Below, piece by piece: positions 19,137-28,442 of a stretch of 64,000 nt of DNA. This stretch comes from an uncultured Alphaproteobacteria bacterium (GTDB taxonomy: Bacteria; Pseudomonadota; Alphaproteobacteria; Methylaequorales; Methylaequoraceae), in assembly GCA_902524895.1 (NCBI GenBank), contig CABZFH010000002.1, positions 74,505-138,504 on the forward strand, given 5' to 3'. Below the pieces are notes generated by a model. It was not told the DNA's origin and made no database searches. It saw only the letters and a program-made list of their open reading frames with translations. The position numbers and the translations under genes are program-made. Every line of letters begins with the position of its first letter. Position 1 is the stretch's first letter.

Positions 19137-20285
19137 ATGAAGGACATAATAATAATTGAAGAATCTTTCCAGAATGCAAAAAATTTAAATGATTTTTTAT
19201 GCAATAGAAAGATTAATAGTCAACTCCAAAAAATAAATGATTTAAAAAAAATCAACTTTCCAAAGTCTGTTTTAATAGGTTCTGAAGGATTAGAAACAAT
19301 GGTTGGTGGAAAAAATAATCTATTTAAACTTTCAAGATCTATAGGTAGTACTAAAATTATAATTCTGAAATCTAAATCTCGAGAGTATAAAATTGAATCG
19401 GAATTGGGTGGAGCCTATAGTAAATATTATTTCCCTAATTTTGATGAATCGATTTATGAATTGTTAATAAATAAAATCTCAGATCAAAAATTTTCATTCG
19501 CTGATCCTAAAACTCATCAATTAATTTATCTAGCAAAAAAAGTTGCTGAAACTGATGTAACTGTTTTTATTCATGGCCCTACAGGAACAGGTAAAGAAGT
19601 TGTATCAAGTTTTATTCATAAAGAATCTAAAAGAAATGAAAAACCCTTCGTTGCTGTAAATTGTGCGGCAATACCTGAGAATATGCTTGAAGCTATGCTT
19701 TTTGGACATGAAAAAGGAGCTTTTACTGGAGCCTCAACTGCTAATAAAGGTATTTTTCGTGCAGCAGATTCAGGAACTCTTCTACTTGATGAAATTTCTG
19801 AAATGCCTTTATCTCTGCAAGCTAAATTGTTGAGGGTTTTACAAGAAAAGAAAGTAACACCAATTGGTAGTCATAGGGATATTTCAGTTGACGTAAGAGT
19901 TATTGCAACAACAAATAGAGATATGGTTAATGAAGTTAAAGAAAAAAAATTTAGAGAAGATCTTTTTTACAGACTGAATGTATTCCCCATTGAGACAACC
20001 AACTTATTTGAAAGACCTGGTGATATAATTCCAATTAGTATTACACTTTTAAAAAGACATGTCGAAAATGGTCAGCAAATACCTTTTCTGACGAAAGAAA
20101 CTCAGGATCTAATAAGAAATTATACTTGGCCAGGAAATGTTAGAGAATTAGAAAATGTTCTTCAGAGAGCATTAGTCCTATCGAATAAAAAGGTTATAAA
20201 TAAAAATGATATTATGATAGACGATATGCTTTACAAAAGTAACACTGAATCAAATAAATTATATAAACAAGCAGCACAAGGATAA
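19137..20285 (+). CDS. fleT: Sigma54 activator without a C-terminal HTH, FleT-like
   Basis: HGPTGTGKE, GHEKGAFTGA, LLDEISE, WPGNVRELEN; ends soon after the AAA+ domain; first gene of the fliE operon. Confidence 0.75.
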   Translation: MKDIIIIEESFQNAKNLNDFLCNRKINSQLQKINDLKKINFPKSVLIGSEGLETMVGGKNNLFKLSRSIGSTKIIILKSKSREYKIESELGGAYSKYYFPNFDESIYELLINKISDQKFSFADPKTHQLIYLAKKVAETDVTVFIHGPTGTGKEVVSSFIHKESKRNEKPFVAVNCAAIPENMLEAMLFGHEKGAFTGASTANKGIFRAADSGTLLLDEISEMPLSLQAKLLRVLQEKKVTPIGSHRDISVDVRVIATTNRDMVNEVKEKKFREDLFYRLNVFPIETTNLFERPGDIIPISITLLKRHVENGQQIPFLTKETQDLIRNYTWPGNVRELENVLQRALVLSNKKVINKNDIMIDDMLYKSNTESNKLYKQAAQG

Positions 20286-20289
20286 AAAA

Positions 20290-20631
20290 ATGGTAAAACC
20301 AAGAATAACAAACCTAACACCAAAAATTGTAGATACACAAAACACAGTTAAAGATCTTCAACAAAAAATTCTTAAGCAGACAAAGGAAACACTTGGCAAC
20401 CAAAACGTTTCAGAGAGTTTTTTAAGAAATTTATCTGAGGCCATACAGAACGTTTCAGATACTCAAAAAAAAAGTGCAGAATTAACTAAAAATTTTGAAT
20501 TGGGTATTGAAAATGACTTAACAAAAGTAATGATACAAAAGCAACTATCAAGCTTAGGTTTTCAAATGACTCTGAATGTAAGAAATAAAGTATTAAGTGC
20601 ATATAAAGATATAATGAATATGCCTGTTTAA
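20290..20631 (+). CDS. fliE: Flagellar hook-basal body protein FliE
   Basis: C-terminal FQMTLNVRNKVLSAYKDIMNMPV. Confidence 0.95.
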   Translation: MVKPRITNLTPKIVDTQNTVKDLQQKILKQTKETLGNQNVSESFLRNLSEAIQNVSDTQKKSAELTKNFELGIENDLTKVMIQKQLSSLGFQMTLNVRNKVLSAYKDIMNMPV

Positions 20632-20651
20632 TTAATTAATGGAAATAAAAA

Positions 20652-22370
20652 ATGGCAGAACAAGTACAAACTACAGACATAAAATCAACAAATACAACAA
20701 CTGGCTCTGGAATGTTAGCTCGAGCTGGTAATGCAATTGAACAAGTCAGAAGATTCTCAAATGAACCAGCAATCCAAAGATCAATACCAGTAATGATTAC
20801 ACTTTTTGTAATTTTTATTGGTATCGTTTTCTTTTTAATGTTTAAAGAATCACCGAGAACAACTTTATTTTCCTCGCTACCAGAAAGTGAAAAGTCGAGA
20901 GTTGTAGAAGTTCTCAGAAATAATGGCATCGATGTTTCGATTGATCCCTCAACAGGAGAAGTTCTTGTTCCATCTCCAGAATATTATGAAGCAAAAATGA
21001 AACTTGCAGCCGAAGGTCTTCCTAGCTCAATTCCTCAGGGTTATGATTTGCTTGAAGAAATTCCAATGGGCACAAGCAGATCTGTTGAATTTATGAAAAT
21101 GAAACAAACACAAGAAATTGAATTATCTCGATCTATTAATCAGATATCAAATATTCTCGGGGCGAGAGTACATCTAGCTATTCCCGAAAAGTCCGTATTT
21201 GTCAGGGAAACGGCTCCTCCAACAGCTTCTGTTTTTGTAAAATTAGCAGAAGGGAGAGTTCTTTCAAAGGAACAAGTAAGATCAATAGTTCATATTGTTT
21301 CATCATCAATTCCATACATGTCGTCTGATAACGTTACCGTGGTAGATCAATACGGTGCTTTACTCTCAAAACCAGAGAATGATGTCGATTCAGCATTAAC
21401 TGAAAAACAACTGAATCATCGACTTAAAATAGAGTCTTTATACAGAGAGAGGATCCTATCGTTAGTGACGCCAATAGTAGGGCCTGGTAATATTACTGCG
21501 CAGGTTAATATTGAAATGGATTACACAAATACATCTACTACTGAAGAAATTGTTGATCCAGAAAGTATAGCTACTCGAAGTGAGCAAAACAGCACTGATG
21601 AATCCACTGATCGACCAGCCAGAGGTGTTCCGGGTGCTGTTGCAAACCAAGCTCCACTAGCAGCTGAACTAGGATTAGATTCTCCAGAACAAGGACAACC
21701 AGCAGAATTTAAGCAAAGATCAACAAGTAATGTTCGAAATTATGAGGTTAGCAAAAAGGTAAATACTACTATAAAAGCTATAGGAAATATTCAGAAAGTA
21801 AAAACTGCTGTCCTTGTAAAAAATAAAATTGTAGAAACACCTGAAGGATTAGTATCTCAACCCATAAGCGACGAAGACAAAGATAAAATTTCATCTTTAG
21901 TAAAAGAAGCAGTGGGATTTGATACTGATAGAGGTGATTCAATAGTAGTTACCAGTGGAGATTTTATTGACGAAATTGATGTTGTGACCACTAAATGGTA
22001 TGAGGAAGCTTGGTTTCAAAATATGGTCGGACAGTTATCAACAGTTTTAATACTTGCTATTATAACTTTTGGTGCACTTAAGCCTTTATTAAATAGAATT
22101 TTGGTTCCATCAGGAGGTCTTTCTGATGGTGTGGTTACAGATTCAGATTTAGAGAGTGATCAAGAAGAGGAGGTAGAAGTTCAAGAGGGTGAATCTTTAG
22201 AAGATATAAAGGCAAAATTAAAGCCTAAAAAGTCTTCAATTTCTCCTGAAATGCTAGATACCGCAAATACTTATGATGATAAAGTAGCAGTTGTTAGAAT
22301 GATTGTAGGAGACGAAGCTGGAAAAATTTCAAACGTTTTTAGACAATTACTTCAAAAAGATTCAGATTAA
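20652..22370 (+). CDS. fliF: Flagellar MS-ring protein FliF
   Basis: Two TMs, GYDLLE...GTS, EIELSRSI, ARVHLAIP, VPGAVANQ, RNYEV, GFDTDRGD. Confidence 0.97.
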   Translation: MAEQVQTTDIKSTNTTTGSGMLARAGNAIEQVRRFSNEPAIQRSIPVMITLFVIFIGIVFFLMFKESPRTTLFSSLPESEKSRVVEVLRNNGIDVSIDPSTGEVLVPSPEYYEAKMKLAAEGLPSSIPQGYDLLEEIPMGTSRSVEFMKMKQTQEIELSRSINQISNILGARVHLAIPEKSVFVRETAPPTASVFVKLAEGRVLSKEQVRSIVHIVSSSIPYMSSDNVTVVDQYGALLSKPENDVDSALTEKQLNHRLKIESLYRERILSLVTPIVGPGNITAQVNIEMDYTNTSTTEEIVDPESIATRSEQNSTDESTDRPARGVPGAVANQAPLAAELGLDSPEQGQPAEFKQRSTSNVRNYEVSKKVNTTIKAIGNIQKVKTAVLVKNKIVETPEGLVSQPISDEDKDKISSLVKEAVGFDTDRGDSIVVTSGDFIDEIDVVTTKWYEEAWFQNMVGQLSTVLILAIITFGALKPLLNRILVPSGGLSDGVVTDSDLESDQEEEVEVQEGESLEDIKAKLKPKKSSISPEMLDTANTYDDKVAVVRMIVGDEAGKISNVFRQLLQKDSD

Positions 22371-22390
22371 TGTAATATTAAGGAAAGAAT

Positions 22391-23431
22391 ATGGCAGAAC
22401 AAGTAGATCAAAATGAAGAAGAATTAACGGCTTACGAAAAGTTATCAAATACGCAAAAATGTGCAATTTTAATGATGCTTTTGGGTGAAGATGAAGCGGC
22501 AGAAATTTTAAAAAATTTAGGTCCTAAAGAAGTTCAACAATTAGGAAAAGAGATGTATACTGTCCAAGGATTAGATCAGGATACTGTTAACCAAGTTTTA
22601 GACGAATTTTTAGCTATTATCAAAACCCAAACAGACCTAGGAATGGGATCTTCGAATTATATCAGAAATGTTATGACAAAAGCACTGGGTGAGAATAAAG
22701 CTCAATCAGTTTTAGGAAGAATAACACCCACAGAAAGTGACAAACCAATTGAAATTTTGGATTGGATGGATGCTAGGTCTGTAGCAGAACTAATTTCAGA
22801 CGAACACCCTCAGATTATGTCTCTAATAATTTCTTACTTGGAAGCAGGAGTTGCTGCAGACGTTTTAGTTTTGCTGCCCGAAGAAATACAGGCTGACATA
22901 ATTCATAGAATAGCAACACTAGAAACTGTTCAACCTGACGCACTAGCAGAGCTAGAAAGGGTAATGCAGTTAAAATTTAAAACAAACACATCATTAAGGG
23001 CTTCATCCGTTGGAGGTGTGAAGGCTGCAGCTCAAATAATGAATTTCACTAAACAGAATATGGAACAAAGAATTGTGAAAAGTCTAGGTGAAAAAGATAG
23101 ACTTTTAGCTAAAGAAATTCAAGAGAGTATGTTTACATTTGATACTCTGATACTTATGGATGACCGAAGTATGCAAACATTATTAAGAAATGTTGATCAA
23201 GAAGTTTTAATTATTGCTTTAAAAGGAACAGAAGAAGACTTAAAAAAGAAGATTTTTTCATGTATGTCTCAAAGGGCTTCAGCTAATATACAGGACGAAA
23301 TGGAAGTCCTAGGTCCATTGAGACTAACAGAGGTTCAAGAGGCACAAAAAGCTATCATTAATACCGCTAGGACAATGTCTGACGAGGGATCAATCGTCTT
23401 AGCTGGAAGAGGTGGGGATGATTTTGTATGA
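22391..23431 (+). CDS. fliG: Flagellar motor switch protein FliG
   Basis: KCAILMMLLGED, EHPQ, GGVKAAA, MFTFD, GPLRLTEVQEAQ. Confidence 0.97.
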   Translation: MAEQVDQNEEELTAYEKLSNTQKCAILMMLLGEDEAAEILKNLGPKEVQQLGKEMYTVQGLDQDTVNQVLDEFLAIIKTQTDLGMGSSNYIRNVMTKALGENKAQSVLGRITPTESDKPIEILDWMDARSVAELISDEHPQIMSLIISYLEAGVAADVLVLLPEEIQADIIHRIATLETVQPDALAELERVMQLKFKTNTSLRASSVGGVKAAAQIMNFTKQNMEQRIVKSLGEKDRLLAKEIQESMFTFDTLILMDDRSMQTLLRNVDQEVLIIALKGTEEDLKKKIFSCMSQRASANIQDEMEVLGPLRLTEVQEAQKAIINTARTMSDEGSIVLAGRGGDDFV

Positions 23432-24642
23432 TACAACAACAAGAAAAAATCAAAGAAGATTCTGAGGCAAATGAATCTCCTCTTAACACTGAAGAAATTT
23501 TAAGTATTTTAAATAAAACAAAAGAATTAAATTTTCTAAAAGAAAATAAAATTTTTGAAAACTTTTCTTCAGAGTTTAGAAGCTTAAATTTAGAAGAAAT
23601 TGCAAAAAAAAATAATAGTGAATCAATCACAACTCAAAAAATTGAAAAAAATATTGATGAAAAAGTTCAAAAAGAACTTAATACATCGTTACAGGTAAAA
23701 AAGGAAAATAATTTAGAATCTGAGAAAATCATTATCGATGAAGAAGAACTAAAAAGACAAGAAAAAATTTATACACAAGAACAGCATGATAAACTAGTTA
23801 ATGATGCTAAAGAAAAAAGTTTTAAAGAAGGAATTCAACAAGGCTTTGAGCAAGGAGAAAAAAATATCAAAGATGAGTTACAAAAAGGAGAGGAAGCTCA
23901 GGCATTAGCACTTAAAAACACTATTGATAATTTGTTTTATGTGGCGCCGAAATTTTTAGAGAAATTAAATCTAACTATAAACGAATCTATCAGAGACATT
24001 TGCAATCAAATTTTAGGATATAAAATATCTGAAATGCCAAAACAATTTTTAGAAAAAATTAATAATTTAGTTTCATCAATAGAAAGTTCATCAAATAGAA
24101 TTGTAGTATTTTTAAATGTAGAAGACCAAAAAGTTCTCAACGAATTTTTGAAAAGTAATAAGACTCTTGCTGATGTCACTTTTAAAATTGATGAAACACT
24201 TCAAAGAGGAGATTTAATAATAAAATCAGGTGGTATTGAAATAAATGATATTTTATCAAAAAAGGTTGATTTAATATCTGACTCAAATATAGATAAAAAT
24301 CTTAAAGAGTTAGCAAATGAAAATTCTGCTAAAATAGAAAATGCTAAAATCAATAATGATGATCAGGATCTTGAAGTTAAAATTGAAGCTAAGAATGATA
24401 AAATTCAACAAAGAAAAGAAGATATCCAAAGTAAATTAAAAACTGAATTTATTGAAAATTCAAATATTCTTTCAGACCCCAAACATTCTGAAAAAACTAA
24501 TGAAGACAGTAATTTTAAGGAAAAACTTTCTGATAAAATTGATGAAATGGGCGAAAAGACACAAAAACAAGAATTAGAGGAAGAAAAGTCTCTGAACGAA
24601 ATTAATGCATCACAAAAAAATGATGATAAATTAACCAATTAA
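23428..24642 (+). CDS. fliH: FliH with long N- and C-terminal charged extensions
   Basis: GxxxG repeats (KEGIQQGFEQGE), DETLQRGDLII; lies between fliG and fliI. Confidence 0.82.
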   Translation: MIQQQEKIKEDSEANESPLNTEEILSILNKTKELNFLKENKIFENFSSEFRSLNLEEIAKKNNSESITTQKIEKNIDEKVQKELNTSLQVKKENNLESEKIIIDEEELKRQEKIYTQEQHDKLVNDAKEKSFKEGIQQGFEQGEKNIKDELQKGEEAQALALKNTIDNLFYVAPKFLEKLNLTINESIRDICNQILGYKISEMPKQFLEKINNLVSSIESSSNRIVVFLNVEDQKVLNEFLKSNKTLADVTFKIDETLQRGDLIIKSGGIEINDILSKKVDLISDSNIDKNLKELANENSAKIENAKINNDDQDLEVKIEAKNDKIQQRKEDIQSKLKTEFIENSNILSDPKHSEKTNEDSNFKEKLSDKIDEMGEKTQKQELEEEKSLNEINASQKNDDKLTN

Positions 24643-24646
24643 TAAA

Positions 24647-25966
24647 ATGTCTTTAATTATACAAAAAATACAACACAATATTCAGAATTACAAAACTAAT
24701 GATGACGTAATTTACAAAGGAAAAGTATCGAAATTTGACGGAAAAATTGTCGAATGTGATGGTTTTCCAGTTCCTATTGGTACGATCTGTAAGATTGAAA
24801 GTAACGATGACAAAACTGTTACTGGTGAGATTATTGGTTTTAGAGATAACAAAAACCTTTTGGCCGTTCATAATCAAAATGCAAACATTATAGCAGGAGC
24901 AATTGTTGAAGTTATTGATTCAGGCGTAAATATAGAAGTTGGAGAAAATTTATTAGGAAGAGTAATTGATGCCTTCGGAAACCAAATAGATGGGAAAGAT
25001 TTGATAGTTGGAAACTCAAAATGGCCTATTAATGGAAAAAATATTAATCCTATGAATAGAAAGCCTATAAATGAACCAATAGATGTAGGGATTAAAGCAA
25101 TAAATTCTTTATTAACAGTTGGAAGAGGACAAAGAATTGGTATTATTGCTGGTTCTGGAGTCGGTAAATCAGTACTTTTGGGAATGATGAGTAGATTTAC
25201 AAATGCTGACATAGTTGTTGTAGCTTTAATTGGTGAAAGAGGTAGAGAAGTAGGGAGTTTTGTTAATCAAATTTTTAATGATAGTGCCAAAAAAAAAACT
25301 TCAATAGTTGCTGTTCCAGCAGACATGTCTCCCCTACTAAGAATTAGAGGAGCACAAAGAGCTACCTCGATAGCAGAGTATTTTAGATCAAAAGGTAAGA
25401 ATGTACTTTTAATAATGGATTCTTTGACGAGAATTGCACACGCAAAAAGAGAGGTGGGTCTGGCTCTGGGAGAACAACCTACATCAAAAGGTTATCCACC
25501 TTCAGTTATCTCAATGCTACCAAATTTAATTGAAAGAACTGGGGCTGGCAGCAAAAATGAAGGTTCTGTTACCGCTTTTTATACTATACTAGCTGATTCA
25601 GATGATACTAACGATCCGGTTGTTGATACTGCGCGTGCTATTCTTGATGGACATATAGTATTATCAAGAGAACATGCGCAAATGGGAATTTTCCCAGCAA
25701 TTGATATCAATCAGTCATTAAGTAGAGTTATGAATTCAATTGTAGACAAGAAACATAAAGACAAGGCAAATTTCATTAAAAAGCTTTATTCATTATATAT
25801 GGAAAATAGAGAACTAATTCTGATGGGTGGATATACATCAGGTCAGAATGAGGATATTGACAAAGCGCTCAATAATTGGCCTAAGATTTGCAATTTAATA
25901 AAGCAAGCAGAGGACGAACGAACAAATTTCAATGACAGTCTTAACAGTATGAATAATATAAATTAA
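24647..25966 (+). CDS. fliI: Flagellar export ATPase FliI
   Basis: AGSGVGKS, LIGERGREV, MDSLTR, KGYPPSV, ILDGHIVLSR. Confidence 0.97.
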   Translation: MSLIIQKIQHNIQNYKTNDDVIYKGKVSKFDGKIVECDGFPVPIGTICKIESNDDKTVTGEIIGFRDNKNLLAVHNQNANIIAGAIVEVIDSGVNIEVGENLLGRVIDAFGNQIDGKDLIVGNSKWPINGKNINPMNRKPINEPIDVGIKAINSLLTVGRGQRIGIIAGSGVGKSVLLGMMSRFTNADIVVVALIGERGREVGSFVNQIFNDSAKKKTSIVAVPADMSPLLRIRGAQRATSIAEYFRSKGKNVLLIMDSLTRIAHAKREVGLALGEQPTSKGYPPSVISMLPNLIERTGAGSKNEGSVTAFYTILADSDDTNDPVVDTARAILDGHIVLSREHAQMGIFPAIDINQSLSRVMNSIVDKKHKDKANFIKKLYSLYMENRELILMGGYTSGQNEDIDKALNNWPKICNLIKQAEDERTNFNDSLNSMNNIN

Positions 25967-26374
25967 ATGAACAGCAAAAAATTTAATATTTTATTAAAAC
26001 TTAAAAAACTTAAAAAAAACAAATCCCTCAGTAGTCTCACTTTCTTAATTAAAGAAAAAAAAAAACTCTCAAAAATTAGTGAAACATTAGAAGAAATGCT
26101 AAAAATTTCAAATTATCCAAAAAACGAGATTTTGAGTACAGGTTTGTTGAAACAAATTTCAAATTATCAAGAAAAATTACAAAAAAAATTGGAAACTTCA
26201 AATAATAGAAAAAAATATCTTTCATCTGAAATTTCAACAAATCTTAAACATATTTCTGAATTAAATAAGCAGACAGAGATAATTAAAGAAAAAATTTTTG
26301 AGCTTGAAAAAGAGCAAGCTAATTTAAAAGAAAAAAATGCTGAAATAAATATTTTTAATAAATCATCGATTTAA
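25967..26374 (+). CDS. fliJ: Putative FliJ (coiled coil)
   Basis: 135-aa predicted coiled coil directly after fliI; assigned mainly by position. Confidence 0.65.
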   Translation: MNSKKFNILLKLKKLKKNKSLSSLTFLIKEKKKLSKISETLEEMLKISNYPKNEILSTGLLKQISNYQEKLQKKLETSNNRKKYLSSEISTNLKHISELNKQTEIIKEKIFELEKEQANLKEKNAEINIFNKSSI

Positions 26375-26386
26375 TATATACAAAAA

Positions 26387-26402
26387 TGGCATTGGATTTG
26401 CA
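26387..26402 (+). promoter_or_regulatory. Sigma54 promoter of fliKLMN
   Basis: TGGCATTGGATTTGCA (GG-N10-GC). Confidence 0.8.
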
Positions 26403-26414
26403 GATTTAAGCTAA

Positions 26415-27746
26415 ATGGTAACAGTTAATAAAAATAATATCTTAAATTCAGAGAATATTACTCTAAAAAAAAATAAAGTTTTCAGAGAAAACTTAGATGG
26501 TGTTTTTGCTGAATTATTTAGCCTGGTTAATATGAATGATATCGAGAATGGCGATATAACAAAAAAGAATTTATTAGATTCAAGTTTAAAAAATAAAGAG
26601 TTTATTGAATTTGAAAAAAATAATTTTTCAAGCTCTGAAAATTCTGAAGAAAATATTTTAGCAACAGCTAGATCGTTGGTATCAGTTTTTTATAAAGAAT
26701 TAAATCTTGATAATCCCAATGAAGGGTTAAAAGAAAATAAATATATTAATCCGGCAAAGGTTCGATTTGAAAACCAAAAAAATTCCAATGATCAAAAATT
26801 AGTTAATAAAGTTGAAACAAAGGAATCAGAACTAAAAGTTCCAAACTCTGAGTTAAAAAAAGATGAGAACCTTTTAGTAAATAAAAAAATTTCACTAACC
26901 CCATCTATTATAAAAAAAGTTTCTGAAAAAAATCAAAAAAATTTTCAGAGTATTAATAACAATTTCAATGAAAATGAAAATCAGTTAAAAAAGGCTTCTA
27001 CTCAACAAATCTTTAATGATGATGAAAAATTAATTGGTAATAGAGAAACATTAGCAAAAAAAGTTAAAAACAAAATATCAAAAAAAAAAATTAATAAAAA
27101 TAAAATTAATAGTGACAGCTACAAAATTGATGTAAAGTTTGAAAATAAAGAAATAAAATCTTCAAAAGATTTTACTATGAATTTCCAAAATACGTTTCAG
27201 CAATATAAAGATCAAAAAAACCAGATCAACCTGATTGAAAGATCAAACACTAATAAAAATCATAATTCCAAAACATTAGTTAATAATCTCGAGAATCAAA
27301 AAGATCTAGCTAATAAAGATGAAATTTTAGATTTGATGGAAAGTGCATGGGGTGAAAAGTTTGTTAAGATTGTTAAAAGTAAAATATCTCGAGGAGCCAA
27401 TAGAATTAATTTATCTTTAGAACCAAAAAATCTTGGAAAATTGAAGGTTGAGGTTGAAATAACAGGAAAAGAAACTGAGCTTAAAATTTTAAGTGATAAT
27501 AAACAAACAATAACAATTTTAAATGAAAATTCACAAAGATTAAATGAAATGTTTAAGGAGGATAATCTTAAATTGTCAAACTTTTCCACTATGTTTAATC
27601 AAAATAACGATAACTCAAAAAATCGAAATTCTGAAAAAAAGGCTGATAATTTCAATAAAAAAATTGAAGACAAAGTACAAATACATAAAAATAATAAAAT
27701 TATTAATACCAAAAAATCTAATCATAAAGTTGATAAAATTGCGTAA
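26415..27746 (+). CDS. fliK: Hook-length control protein FliK
   Basis: Low-complexity N-terminus; C-terminal domain with LSLEPKNLGKLKVEV; upstream of fliL. Confidence 0.85.
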   Translation: MVTVNKNNILNSENITLKKNKVFRENLDGVFAELFSLVNMNDIENGDITKKNLLDSSLKNKEFIEFEKNNFSSSENSEENILATARSLVSVFYKELNLDNPNEGLKENKYINPAKVRFENQKNSNDQKLVNKVETKESELKVPNSELKKDENLLVNKKISLTPSIIKKVSEKNQKNFQSINNNFNENENQLKKASTQQIFNDDEKLIGNRETLAKKVKNKISKKKINKNKINSDSYKIDVKFENKEIKSSKDFTMNFQNTFQQYKDQKNQINLIERSNTNKNHNSKTLVNNLENQKDLANKDEILDLMESAWGEKFVKIVKSKISRGANRINLSLEPKNLGKLKVEVEITGKETELKILSDNKQTITILNENSQRLNEMFKEDNLKLSNFSTMFNQNNDNSKNRNSEKKADNFNKKIEDKVQIHKNNKIINTKKSNHKVDKIA

Positions 27747-27773
27747 ATTTATAGAATAAACTAAGGAGATAAG

Positions 27774-28400
27774 ATGGCTGAAGAAAATAAAAATAATGAA
27801 GATAAAAAAGGAGGTATTGTTAAATATATCCTTTTTGGCTTTGGAGGTTTAGCTCTTCTTGGGGTTGGATTGGGAATTGGTATGTTTATGGGAGGAGATG
27901 ACACCGATCCATCTAGTGAAATATCTCAGATAATTGAAAAAAAAGATAATCCTGAAAAAGAAGAAGATGAAATTGAGAATGATTTAGCAGTTGAGGACTG
28001 TGCTGATGATGAAAAAGATGAGGAAGGAAATTGTCCAGTTGGTCCAAAGAAAATTCCTAAACTTGTTCCTGAGGAGGAGATTTTTGCAACTACATATTAT
28101 GAGTTTCCTGGAAACTTTACTACAAACCTTAAGGACTCAAAAAAATTTCTTCAAATTTCACTGGGCGTTTCAACCCAATATGATGAACAAGTAATGGTCA
28201 ATGTGGAAAGTCACCAACTAGCCTTGAGATCAGAAATTTTAGGAACTATGTCTGATTTTACTGCTGAAGCAATTTCATCTCGCGAAGGCAAAGCAGAATT
28301 AGCAGAATCTCTTAAAAATGGAATTAACAAAATTCTTGAAGATGTAGAAGGATTTGGTGGTGTTGAAAACGTACACTTTACTTCATTTGTATTACAATAA
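27774..28400 (+). CDS. fliL: Flagellar basal-body protein FliL
   Basis: One N-terminal TM, FTTNLKDSKKFLQI, LRSEIL, VHFTSFVLQ; SD AAGGAG. Confidence 0.92.
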   Translation: MAEENKNNEDKKGGIVKYILFGFGGLALLGVGLGIGMFMGGDDTDPSSEISQIIEKKDNPEKEEDEIENDLAVEDCADDEKDEEGNCPVGPKKIPKLVPEEEIFATTYYEFPGNFTTNLKDSKKFLQISLGVSTQYDEQVMVNVESHQLALRSEILGTMSDFTAEAISSREGKAELAESLKNGINKILEDVEGFGGVENVHFTSFVLQ

Positions 28401-28442
28401 ACTTTGAGCTAAAATAAAAAAAATGTAAGATAAAAGATTATT

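Noticed and set aside
20636-20929. 97-aa minus-strand ORF and the many similar antisense ORFs (e.g. 9628-9984, 24874-25212, 28604-28981, 33838-34185, 38002-38289, 50868-51215, 52254-52502)
   Set aside because: They lie opposite well-supported genes and have the Ser/Phe/Ile-rich composition expected of shadow frames.
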